A DNA stretch of 61,795 nucleotides, filler included, from Hausera hauseri (GCA_046269625.1; 10 parts of 10 records of this genome joined end to end with filler, not necessarily neighbours in it), one strand, 5' to 3'. Counted from the first letter of the whole stretch, positions 1-11,691 are shown. Notes: generated by a model not told the origin, from the sequence alone. A program made the numbers and translations.

Positions 1-643
1 ACTGTCCTCTTAACTATATAGATTTCAAGTAGTGAATTTAATATCTTAGTGTAGTCTAATCGTTCTTAAGGATCGAAGAAAAACTATAGAAGAAATTAAG
101 TCTATTTAATAGAAAATATAACTTTTACCAAAAATTTTCGATACAACACTTCGATCGTTCACCACAGATTGATAATAACCAATAGTTCGGAATTTTCGCT
201 AATTTCGATACTAGAATGACGATTGTCTCTGGTTCCACTGCTTCGTTTAACTGCGACTGTATGAATTCCTTTCGGTAACTTTGTCGGACTTATCCTTCGA
301 TTTTCAACTCCAAAATTGTTCTGCTCTATTCTGAACCCACTCGCTATTTATACTTTCGCTTACGACGATTACGTCATTTTTATCGATTAAATTCACTTAT
401 TATCGGTTTTGTGTAATAATTTTGATTTTCCGATAATAATCAACTTTCATAGGTGTTTGTAAATTATTCTAATCTTGCTAATTCCATTTTGATTAGTAAA
501 TAACTGCTGATTAATAAATAACTATTATAATATACAATTCTAATGCGTACAGCTACGTAACAAAATAACTATTATAATCGTAGGATTCTAATATGTACAT
601 CTACGTAACACATTTTTACAATCTTTCTGTCATTTCTACAACA
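1..643 (-). repeat. 3' LTR of element A1 (distal end not defined)
   Basis: Minus strand starts TGTTGTAG right after a purine tract; TATA-like GTATAAATA at about 345-352; no 5' LTR present for comparison. Confidence 0.6.
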
Positions 644-655
644 ATTCTCCTCCCT
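644..655 (-). promoter_or_regulatory. Polypurine tract of element A1
   Basis: AGGGAGGAGAAT on minus strand directly before TGTTG. Confidence 0.65.
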
Positions 656-749
656 GAACGGCACTCTCGGATGTGCCCATTGCGTCAGAAGAGGTGCCGC
701 GCAAACGGTTCCTTCGTCCGCGTAGGTCCGCTTCCGAGTCTGATTCATC

Positions 750-1166
750 TCGCAGATATCACGGGTCGAAGGGGTATGACGTAGCTTCCGCTCTACATAC
801 TGGGCAGGTCGTTTTCCCGTTTTTCAAGATCCAGTATTAGTACCGACAGTATTTGTGGGTGCAATCCTTATTATCCAATACCACAAATCCTTGGAATAGA
901 TTTACATCGCAAACGGGGCATTCCTCTTTTTCGTTTGTGTCTATGTCTACAAGGTTTTTGTCCACCTCAATGTGTTCAAATACGAGTCCCTTTCTATCTT
1001 TGTATAAATATCTATATAATCGTTTTTGTTTAGGGTCTATAGAGCTTTTCTTGGGGTCATCTGACACGGTAACCAATGTCCATTCAACGATTTCTTGTTT
1101 ATCCAAGTCGGCTATTCCGGTTCTCTTGTATTGTCTCTTAAGTTGCACTCGAACTTGGGTATCCAC
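750..1166 (-). pseudogene. C-terminal RING-finger (C3HC4-like) segment of the A1 3' accessory ORF
   Basis: CPVC...CTHKYCRY*YWILKNGKTTCPVCR; last Cys pair continues in the same frame past a premature stop at 837-839. Confidence 0.75.
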
Positions 1167-2723
1167 TGGGATAGTTGATTGGTTCCTTTTTGCGACTGGA
1201 ATATCGGGTTTTGCTCTTTCTTCATTGATGGGTATAAGACTGCTAGTTGACGGTTTTATTTATTCAACTTGGTTCTTACTGGTCTTACTTTTCTTTTTAC
1301 TAATATATTCAAGGGAGGTAGTTTTCATCTTTTGTCCTCTCGGTAGTTTTCCAATATTCAGCTTTGGTCCTTCCATTGTCTTTTTAGGAAATAATCCAAT
1401 CTCAGTTTGGGTCTGACCGATTGATGGTTTTTGCTGATTTGCTGGACGTTGCGACTGGGTTGTTTTGAACTGTCACTTGGAAACTGTTATGTCCTTGGGA
1501 TTCAATTTGTCTATATATTGGATATTTACTAAATCCTTTTCGAAATTTTTGAATAAAGATTTTTGGATTGTTGTCGGACATTATTTTCTGTCTGGGTTCT
1601 CTTGGTTTCCACTCGTGTTCCCATCGTAATGAGATGTAAACATCTCTTATAAGTCGTGTTCGTTGACTTTCTGCCATTAACTTTGGACATCTGAATTGTT
1701 CGCCATTCATGGCTTCTAACAACATTTTGAACTGCGATTCACGTGATGCTGAAGGAAGTAAACATCCCCTTTTCCTCATTAGGGTGTTTTCTACTCGGTT
1801 TACAACCGTTGGATTGCGACTTAGTTCTCGAATCCCTTCTATATATTCCTGTCTAATTCCTAGCCTTTCTAGCATTTCGTGTACTCTGAATCCGGTTACG
1901 ACGAATCCGTATAAGCGATGGCTTATGTCTTCTTGAATTCCTAAAAATCTTTACCCTTTTCAAGTTGTAGTTTTGTGATTCCGGTAATGTCGGCAAATGT
2001 ATCCTTTATTTTAATTCAAGGTGCGATTATTTTGTTTATTATTTCCTCTCCGTTTATACTTCGGATGGAGACTTCGATTGGGGTGTATCATCCATCATCC
2101 ATTTTTCCATAATTTACGGCTAAGATTCGAATATTCCGGCCGTCAGGAACTAGTCTGTAAGATTCTCTACTTTGTTAAATCTCATCTTCCGAGGGCTTCT
2201 GCATGCATAACAGGGGTGGTAATGGTCTCATTATTTCAGTTCACAAGGTTAATTCGAACATTAGTTTGGTCGGAAGTTCGGCGACTCTGAATTATAATGC
2301 ATAGTCCATGAGACTATGACAACACAGCTCGTATGTACTAAATTTACACTGTTGATCTCTGTGTATTTCAGGATTGTCTTACGATTCTGTACTGAATTTC
2401 TCCATCAGCGACATGTATGTATAATTGCTGATACGTTGGTTCATACGGAATCATATCTCTCAAAAGGTATGCTCGTGCATCCTTCGGACTTCACGTCGCG
2501 TATAATCGAATTAGTCGATTGTCCTCTAGACCCCATTTCAATCCATTCGGTATTCTGCTTTCTTGATCGATTTCTGCATAAGTTTTGTTTTTTAGATTTT
2601 CTTCAATTTTGGGATATAAGCTTTTGGTTGTTGGTTTGAGAACTGTTACGCGTTGCTGCAGGAAGTCATCGATATCGTAACTGAAACTGTGTGCTGGTTC
2701 TTCGGCTTTTCGGCCATATTCTG
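1167..2723 (-). pseudogene. A1 3' accessory ORF of unknown function (fragments 2491-2745 and 1402-1875), probably expressed by splicing
   Basis: Co-oriented ORF pieces starting at a TTTTATTTTAG acceptor; start is homologous to the region after 40244 in relative A2. Confidence 0.5.
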
Positions 2724-2894
2724 CTAAAATAAAAATAAAGGTCAATCCTAAGACAGATCATCGTTTTCAAACAAAACATTTTCTCTGTCTGATGACAGGA
2801 TAACCCGATCTGTAATTGTCAGGTTATGCTATCATAAAGTTTGTTTTGGTACCCTTTTTCCCGTTTATCCCTCTGTTGATTTGTACGTCACTTA

Positions 2895-4118
2895 TTACAG
2901 TTTTTTGGAAACTAAGAAAATCGTCGCTGTTAATATGATAAGAACGAAAATTGACAAACTTATTATAGCTATCATCGGTAAATTGTTCGTTTTAATCAAT
3001 TTTTCCGTGGTGATTGCATTTCGAGTTCTCATTTCTTTATATTGCATTACTTGCACCTCGTCGCTTAAGGTTCGAACCGTTAGGGTTTTGGACCTCCTAC
3101 CCTCTGCGGTAACTTGTACTATATAATCATTTTGTGGTCGTAGAGCTCTACACTCGGTTCCTTGACCATTTTTCCTTAAGATCACAATTTGGTTGGTATA
3201 CAAAGTACGACATATAACCTTAATTTTGTAGTCGAGTGCTTCTTCGACGTAAAATACAATTTTATCAGATCGCACCAAAATCTTAACGGGTATGTCTTCC
3301 AATTCCTTTTTGGTCAATTTACTTGTCGGGACGATGTTGGTAGTGAGAGTCGTAGTTGGAAAAGTAGATGGTTTTCTCGTAGATTTTGGGAACGGTAGTT
3401 CCCATATTACGTCCTTGGGGCGGTATCCTCTCAAGTAAATATTCGGCTCTTTTGGGTAAGTATTATACAGATCGAATTGTAATTAGTAGTTGTATCCTAA
3501 CGGCAACTTACCACGCGCAGTGAGCCGTCGGCGTGCAATATAGCAATATTCTGGGATGGGAGTTGAAGCATTTAATGGTATAAATCTATTTTGGTTATGA
3601 TTCGAATACATTGGTTTTTGAAGTCTTTAGAAATTTCTACAATGTTGAAATCTAAGAGTCTTTTAAATGGGTCGGTGTTTTGCGATATCTTGTCCGTCTT
3701 GTTTTGATTAGCATCGTTACGTTGATGCATTCTAATTTCGTACTCAGTAATTATATGGACTTGGGCTCCAGGCAGATTATAGAACACTTGGGATTTGTAT
3801 TTGTAGGTTAATTCAAAATCGCAACATTTTCGATTGGCGCCATACGGAAAGTCACATATCTTCATTGCGGAGCTATATTGGTCTACAATGATTATTTGAA
3901 ATGTGACGTGGTCCTTAACAGACTCGCATTTCTTGAACCATGCGCATGGTTTATTCCAGTCCATATTGTAGACTCTAAGTGACTGCAAATTTTGCATATC
4001 CGTACGTCTTTCTGCATATTGTTGCTTTTCAGTTAAAGTTATTGATCTTATCTTCGGTATGTATGAAGCGATTAATGACGGCAAGAACTATTCATACATA
4101 TGATTTCGGCTTTGTCAT
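2895..4118 (-). pseudogene. Second membrane protein of A1: signal peptide, Cys-containing ectodomain, Thr-rich stalk, FN3-like domain, C-terminal TM helix
   Basis: MTKPKSYV*IVLAV-LIASYIP leader; TFPTTTLTT stalk; FN3-like LRPQNDYIVQVTA; TM MIAIISLSIFVLIILTATIFLV followed by SKKL. Confidence 0.65.
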
Positions 4119-4149
4119 TATTGATGACGTTTTCTTTTCTTCCTCGGTT

Positions 4150-7100
4150 CGACTCAAGGTCTTTTGACTTGAATGCAGGTTATAGCGTTTATTGGGCCTT
4201 ATTTCCGTTTTAATCATTCTTTGGATTGATACTACTTCCGTGCCGTTTTATTAATGTAAACGGTAGTTGGTGCGGCTCTGATGACTTCGTAGGGTCCTCT
4301 GCCCGTTCGAGTGAGTTTCAGAGATATACCCGTCTGCTACGGGGTAGTGTACATAAATCCAATTTCTTTGTTCTAGGTCGTGTTGTTTAGCTTTCTTGTC
4401 GTATTGCTTTTTAAATTGTCCTTGGTATTCTTTGGATAACTCCTTGGCTATTTCCCAACATTGCTGTAGTCTCCTCTGTAGTACTTCGACAAAGTTTTTC
4501 TCTAGATCTTCTGTGTTCGCTATATACGGTATCATTCCTAAATCTGTGGGCAGAGCAGCTTCCCTGCCATACATCATAAAAATGGAGTGAAACCTGTTGC
4601 AGGATGCGGTGTAGTGTTTATGGCGAATTGCGTGCCTTCTAAAAATTCATCCCAGTCCTTTTGGTCCTTCGCAACTTCTGTTAATAAGATTCGTATAACT
4701 GTTGCGTTTATTCGTTCGACTATTCCGTTACATCGCGGATGGTAAGTCATTGAGGTTAATCGTTCAATTTCAACTATTTTGGTAATCCTTTCGAATAATT
4801 CACTCGTAAAGTTTCTTCCTCGATCTGTCAAAATTTGTTCCAGGGGTCCGTATCTACAGATAATTTTTGTTACCACGGTTTCTGCTAAAGTCTCGGCCTT
4901 TTGGTCCATTAGAGCCATTAGTTCAACAAAATGGGTTAACCGATCTATGCATGTCAGAATGTATCTGTTGTTTTTATGAGTTGTAGGCAACGGTCCTATG
5001 ATATCCATGGATAATTGCTTGCATCGGCCTGTCTGGCCCGTGTATTGGTTTAAGTTCCGGAATGTAGTTTTTCACCTTCCTCAATTTGGTTGCGCATACT
5101 TCGCAAGCGTTTACCCAATTCTTCACATCGATGTACACGCTCGGCCAGTTATACTTATTGAATATTCTTTCTAATGTCTTCTTCCACGACATGTGTCCCG
5201 CTAAATACGAGTCATGTTTGGCCATTAATACGTCTGTACGCAATCCCTTTGCTATGACTACTAATTTCCGTCTTTTTCGTCCATAATACAGTATGTTTTT
5301 ATGCTTCGTGTCTCCTGCTATGCAGTATTTGCGACCGTGTCTTTGGCATTGCCTCGTTTTCGACAAATTCGATGATCTGTTGTATAACCTTGTCCTTCTT
5401 TTGTTCAACCGAATTTTTAATTACTTTATACAGTGTGAGGGCTCGCTGTCTATCCATTAGCTCTTCGAGATGAGCTTTTTTCATTACCGTGATCGCGCTT
5501 TTTTTAGTTTTAAGCCTTGACAGTGCGTCGGCGTCGACATGTTTACTTCCTGGTTTGTACTGAAATTCAATATTGTACCGTGAGATTTCTTCGATCCATC
5601 TGTTAAGTCTGCACGTTGGGTTATCTGCTCTGCCTTTCAAGGTAGTAACTTCTTTGTGATCTGTAACAATTATAATCTTCTGTTCGTAGACGTATATGTT
5701 AAAATGTCGTAGAGCTTCTTCCACAGCCAACGTTTCTAACTCCGTAACCGAATATTTTTTTTCGGCTTTCTTTAGAGAGCATCCTCCGTATGCGATCGGA
5801 TGTTCCAAATCTTCATCTTCTCGTTTCTGAGCTAACTCTTACCCAATATCTTCTTTACTTGCATCCATCTAAATTATAAATGGTAAGTTAAAATCAGGAT
5901 ATCTTAAAACAGGTTCACTAATCAAGATTTTTTTCCTTTCGTCGAAAGCCCTTTGCTCGAGGTCGGTCAATTTCCATTTTCCTTTTTAAGCAATCGATAT
6001 AGATGCGGATTTATTTTTGAATTATCTGGCACATAAGTGGCATAGTATTCACATAAGTCTAACCAATTTCTTAACTCCTGATTTTGAGGTTCCTTACAAT
6101 CCGATATTTTACTTAGCAGTGATCTGTCAGGTTTGGACCCTCCTTTTCCGACTATATGTCCAAGATAAGATACTGCTTTCTGAGCCCATTTACATTTGGG
6201 GTTTAACTTCAATGCGGATTGTTCTATCCTCATGAGCTTATCTTAAATGTCCTTTAAATGTTCTCCTTCTGTCTTTGATGCAATCATTACATTGTCCAAA
6301 TACGCGAACGCGTGTTCCAGTCCCATTAACATCTTGTTCATCATTCGAGTAAAAGTGACTGGTCCAGTGATTATCCCGAATGGCATGACATTAAATTCGT
6401 ATACACCGTCATGCGTTTTAAATGCAGTTTTGTATCGATCTTCCTCAGTCTCTACCTGTCAGTATCCAGATTACAGGTCGAGTGTGGAAAGTCTATCTAG
6501 GACTTCTTTTACTGATGGTAACGGGAAAGAATCTTTCATAAATGTATTTAGCGCTCGATAATCGATACAAAATCGATGCTTTGTAGTACCTTTCTTGACC
6601 ATAAGTATAGGTGAATACCAAGATCTATAGCTTGGTCTAATTATGTCAGCCTTTAGCATACATTCAACTTCTTTTGTTATCTCAGGCCTTAAAGAGTGTG
6701 TGGGGGATATTTCGGCATCTTTTGATCCTCTAAGTCTTTCATCATTGGAACCTGACTTTTTCTTAAGTGGAATTGTTAGTCTCAAGGCTTTGGCTCTGCC
6801 AATGTCCTCTTCGTCTCTAGCGACGACCGAGCTATATTGACAAAGTAGTTCGTAAAATCGACAGTATGCTTCTGCTGAAAATTTAGTTTCGACGTGAGGT
6901 GGAAATTCGACACATTTGTAAAGTTTTTCTTCAATAGTTATTGACGATATTCTATACGTATAACCAAAAGTGGTATTGGCATACAGTTTGATCGGAGTGG
7001 GTGCATTATTCGCTATTCTAACGGGCACATGGTCCGTCGATACTCTTGTTAATACGTTACTGAGTACGATGTTTGGATTTAACGATTCCTTTGGTTCAAA

Positions 7101-7630
7101 ATACACTGGCTGGTCGTCATCTTGACGTATCTGACATATATTAATACCTCGGTTCTCAGTGGTATGTTCTGGTCCACTGGAATCCATACTTCTCCGAATT
7201 GCCTATATTTTGTGATTTTAACCCCTTTTATCGGACCGAGCTTTATTAATTGCCCTGCGTGGAAGTCTATAGCTATATTAGGTAATTTCCAGAACAGATC
7301 ACATCCTAATACTACATCATTTGTTATCTGTTCCATTACTGAGAATTCGTGGTGGAAAGATTGTCTCATTATATGGACTTCTGGTCTCCATCGGAATTTA
7401 CTTTTCGGCCATTGTCCAAAAGCTCCGACACTTTCTGGGTCTGTTGCTGGAGGTGGATATATTTTTTTGTGTAAGCGCTGCGGTATTGAATTATACTTTT
7501 TCAGTGATATTTCAGATCCAGTGTCTATTAATGCGTACACCTCCCAATCTTCCAACTGAATTTTTGCAAAGGGCCTACCTTCGATTATCGTACCATGGTT
7601 GGTGCTATCTTTGGACGTCGGACGGTTCAC
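4150..7630 (-). pseudogene. pol: Gypsy pol of A1 (protease, dUTPase-like spacer, RT, RNase H, integrase), frameshifted
   Basis: ALIDTGSEIS; FCIDYRALN; YLDN (decayed YLDD) near 6290; YSVTELETLAV and TDHK; HHCC motif HDSYLAGH...CEVC; DIIGP/TDRGRNF/GIVERIN; GPY motif RGPYEVI. Confidence 0.95.
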
Positions 7631-8160
7631 ACCTTGTAACCGTTGATAGTAACTTCGGTCGTTCCGTCTGGCTGATCAATTAGTTGTCTTAATTCGCCAA
7701 TTGGGTACAATTCATTACCTGTGCTATATATGTTTTCCGTTTCCTGACTTCTAATTGGCGGGTGGGTTTCTTGGTTTCGAAAATTCTGCGCTTCACGATC
7801 TCTCGAAAATGTTGATCGTATTTCGTTTGGTCTGGGTATTCTAGGTGAATAAGTTATATCGTAATCGTCGACTACTGAACGACGATGTGGAGCAGACGTT
7901 CTTTTCGTTTTGTGCATTTTGCGTAATACACCGTAGTGCTTTGTTTCTTCATAGGGATCCTCGAGGTTAAACGGTTCTCTATAGATACCCGTTTGGTATG
8001 AACACAGATTGTTTCTCAGTCCTCATAAATAGGTGCAGGCGGTGGAAATATTGGCAATGGAGGTTTAATAACGGAATAATTTTTGTGTCTATTCATCCTG
8101 GAGACGGCTCGTCATCGTCAGGGTTGTTCCTTCACGTCTTTACTCTTGTGAACTTGTGTT
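7627..8160 (-). pseudogene. Pro-rich linker between glycoprotein TM and protease, with late-domain-like motifs
   Basis: KPPLPIFPPPAPIY at about 8025-8065; YSPRIP; ELYPIGELRQL at 7681-7713; homologous motifs in ORF 52008-52769. Confidence 0.55.
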
Positions 8161-8165
8161 AGTAA

Positions 8166-10045
8166 TTAAATGTGCCTCCTTTTACGTTTCCGATTATGAT
8201 AACCAACATGACGCTCCACGTCCGCTTTCCATCCATTTTCTTTATAAGCCTTTAAGAATTTACCGAAGGGTGTGACAATAGCAGTTAAAATCTTACATGA
8301 GAATCCTGTCAAGGTGAAAATCTCGTATCCATTTATGATCGCTTGAATTATCGCTTTAACCAGCTGGATCAAGAAATAGATTACTAGAAATACTGTCGCG
8401 GCTTGTCCGAATATCAGAAATCTTCCCCAAATTTTATACAATATTTCTGTTGTTATTCTTTGATAGTAGTTGACACCTAGTAATGATTCCCATTTTGTTT
8501 GATAACGCGAATCTTCTAGTATTGTGTGTATTGTTCTGTTTAATTCATGTGTGCGTTGGCGTGTGAAAGCTAGAAATTATCTTAATGCCTTTACTTCCTT
8601 CGGTCGGTAAATACCTTTTGCGGCAGTGTTCTGGAACTTATCATCGGTTATTCCTTTTATTAGGTTCGTTCTCGTTAACTTGGTGGGTGGAGCAATTATA
8701 CCACCGTTTGGTAAACTTACCCAATCGGTTTCACTACGTCTAAATATTGGTTCGCCTAGGCTGGTCTTTAAGTCTCAAAATCGTTGGTTGGGTAGAGTTC
8801 GCCAGCAATACTCTAGTGATCGGTGTTACTAATCTTGGTATGTCCTGATATATTATTGGAAGTTCTTGTATACATCTCTTTTCTTCCACGTTAATAGGTA
8901 CATCCTTCTCATATTCATAGGTCAGAACTCCGCTCACTAGGCCAAAAACGCCTTCCTTCATTGGAATTATTGGTGATGCGAGCTCGGGATTGGCATATAT
9001 CAAAGCTAGTTTGGTTCTCATGACTTCTAAGTCTAATTTGCAGTCGTTTGTTATCATTTTGTGATATAACTCAGCTATTCCAGGCTGCCATTTGTAATAA
9101 AAATAGTCGCTGTTTTTCAGATAATCCTCAATCCGAGTAGCTTGAGTCTCTAGCTTAAATGTACTGGTTTTTATTTCAGTCTCGGCTACAAAGAACGCTT
9201 CGTAATTAGTGGCATACATTGCTACGTCACATCTGGTAAGTACGTCTTTACGAACTTTAATCCGTGGGCGTCGGAAATTAATATGGTGGGTGTAGGCTGT
9301 TCCGCTACAACCCCTCACGTTTTTGAATTTGTATTTGTATTACTTACGCAGCGTTTTCCTGTCGTTCCGTTAAACGTAAGTTCTTTAATTTTAATAAAAT
9401 TGCAATCGGCCTTGGCTGGAAGTTCCCAAATTACTACTGAACTTCTAAAACAGGTGCTGTCTTGGATATGGCAGTTGGTTTTCCGTATAGAGCTTAGTAA
9501 CGCTATGGAACATCACTTTTTCTGTGCGCATTTCAGTTTCGTAGAAATCCACAACTACTATGTTCGACTCTAATCCCCTTCCGGTATCATATTCTGCGCC
9601 GCTAGTGTCCAGTATGCATATCTAGTCGTCCTGCTGTTACTTTATACACTCTGATTATTTTTCCTTCTTGTATATCTAGTTCCATGCCATCCCATTTTAA
9701 CCTACCAGTTTCTCTAGCTTGTTTACAGTGTAGGCGTTCTAAGCTCATCAGAATTGGTGGGTTCGTTGGTTTAATTATAGACGAGTGTCCGAGTATTAGT
9801 CCACAATGGAAAATGCTGCGAGATCGTCACAACATATACTCTTCCGTCTAATGCGATTAATTCGCGCTGTTGATACAGTAGTAACTTTTCTCTTTTGTTT
9901 CTAACTTGTGAGGTCTCGCGTCTTCGCACATTTCTAGATCCATTAATGAATATCTTTGGCCCAGTTTGAATTTTTCGCAGTCGTATATCGTAACTGCCCC
10001 CATTTGTCTTATTAACATCATCACGGTCAAAAAATTAATTGACCG
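8166..10045 (-). pseudogene. env: Class III-type viral fusion glycoprotein (chuvirus G / herpes gB-like env)
   Basis: Signal peptide then IYDC; SIFHCGLILGHSSII...CKQARETG; YATNY; NDCKLDLEVMRTKLAL..ANP; RCIQELPI...TPITRVL; C-terminal FGQAATVFLVIYFLIQLVKAIIQAIINGY TM block, all typical of chuvirus-like G. Confidence 0.8.
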
Positions 10046-11245
10046 GTATGACGTGTTTCCTCTATTATTTTCGGTTAATTTCCGCAACATGTCTTTGACT
10101 CGGCAACTGTCAAAAAGGGCCTATGTCGATGTTTCTCCTCTTTTTCAAATAATTCTGACCAATTTACTTCTGACAGCTTTCCGCGCTAAACTAGTGGCTT
10201 TGTTATATTCATTTTCTCGAGCTGGATTTGTTTTAATGGCCAGATACAGTAGTACATTTCTTAACTCTTCTATGGTATTCTCTACCATAATTTTTTCGAT
10301 CACCGATTCATCGCTTAGGGTGCTTCTCGATAATTTACAGCGAAAGTTTTTCATTGTTCTGGCTGCACTTAATATAGATTTTTCTTTTCGACTAATATTT
10401 CGTCACACAGACTAGAGTGGTTTATTATGCGTATCAAATTTTTCATAAGTTCATTCAGCTCCTCGTTTTCTGCACTAAAGGTTGGTATGGACATTTGCCT
10501 CAAATCTCTAATTAAATCCCAGTTAAAATCAGTCTCTTCTTGTGCCTTTCGCGGTCTATCAACAGGACGCTTCTGTTTCGCTATAATTGGTACGGTCTCG
10601 CCAGACGGCACTAGATTCTTATCGTATTGTTCTTTGTTTTTGTCCGTTTGCAAGTCCTCAAAGTACATTGTCACATCTTGAACTCCCACGATTCGTCCTA
10701 CACTAATCTGTTTTAGCCTTCCTTGTGGCTTCTTCTTTTGTCTCCTCAATGGCGATCGTTACTATTATTCGATTCGTTTCACCTGGGATAATTCCGACGT
10801 CTATCAATTGTTCCAGTTCGTCTAATATTCTACCTCTAAAGTAAAGTCTATAGCCCAGTTCGCTTGCCCAATCATTACTCATTAGCCACTGTACCACATC
10901 TCTTACGAAAGAGCGCGTAGTTAACTCTTGCTCTTTTTCGTCCATCCAGTCCGATGATATTTTTACTTTAATTGCCTCTTCGGGTTTGGTCCTTAAAACT
11001 TTAGCATATTCCTTTATTAGAAGTTTCGGCGCGGCACTATAGATTGTACCTTCACTGGATAATTTAGTCAGAGTAGGAACTAGTTGTCTCAACTGATTTT
11101 CTGTAAGATTTACATTAATTAACTTAATTAAATCTTTCTCAGTTTGCTCTGAGTCCAGAAGCATTTCCACATTGAATCTCTGATTCGACGGGCATATCTC
11201 CGTTTCGTACAATCGTACGGGGGTTTTCGGATTTTCCTCAACCAT
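10046..11245 (-). pseudogene. N-terminal ORF(s) of A1 with a ubiquitin-like domain (10751-10975) and a possible degenerate capsid-like segment
   Basis: IKVKIS...VRDVVQWL...YRLYFRGRILDELEQLIDVGI...RIIVTI follows the ubiquitin beta-grasp pattern; IPTFSAENEELNELM weakly resembles a Ty3 CA start; 10145-10354 is in frame with the glycoprotein signal. Confidence 0.55.
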
Positions 11246-11267
11246 TGCGTCTAAATATGCATCCCAT

Positions 11268-11367
11268 NNNNNNNNNNNNNNNNNNNNNNNNNNNNNNNNN
11301 NNNNNNNNNNNTTAATTAATTAANNNNNNNNNNNNNNNNNNNNNNNNNNNNNNNNNNNNNNNNNNNN
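11268..11367. other. Artificial contig linker N44-TTAATTAATTAA-N44 (also 23686-23785, 27855-27954, 33082-33181, 37747-37846, 43521-43620, 47713-47812, 52809-52908, 56934-57033)
   Basis: Identical 100-bp structure nine times; core gives stops in all six frames. Confidence 0.98.
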
Positions 11368-11691
11368 GTCACACTATTGCAATCCATTTTTTACTTCCGT
11401 ACGTTTTTCGGCGCGGTTCTCATCCTGCAGTTTTCAAGCTACGTCAACAAATCATAAATCAAAACATCCAGCTCGTTCAGGAGAAGGGAGCTATGACTTT
11501 TGGTATTGGTGCAACTTTAGCTTTTTGAAATATTTAGCCTTTTCTCATAGAAAGTGAATTGATCTCATTTTACATCCTACGCTTCTTTCAGCTTCCTGGT
11601 GCAAATTTAAACCTTTTCTCAGCTACTTTCAGCTGTTTTTTTTCCAGCTGTTTTTTTTACAGGTGCAGTATTAATTTTATTTTTTTACCAG

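Larger units (their letters stand above)
1..11267 (-). mobile_element. Large Ty3/Gypsy-type LTR retroelement A1 (5' end cut by contig end) with glycoprotein upstream of pol and extra 3' genes; decayed
   Basis: Minus-strand PR-RT-RH-INT in Gypsy order; co-oriented extra ORFs on both sides; PPT followed by TG-starting LTR at 643. Confidence 0.9.

Noticed and set aside
853-1416. Long plus-strand ORFs opposite A1 and other elements (e.g. 853-1416, 7122-7559, 9966-10415)
   Set aside because: Antisense shadows of the real coding strand
11268-11367. Recurrent palindromic TTAATTAATTAA inside N runs
   Set aside because: Artificial contig linker; the 10-N gaps are likewise assembly gaps
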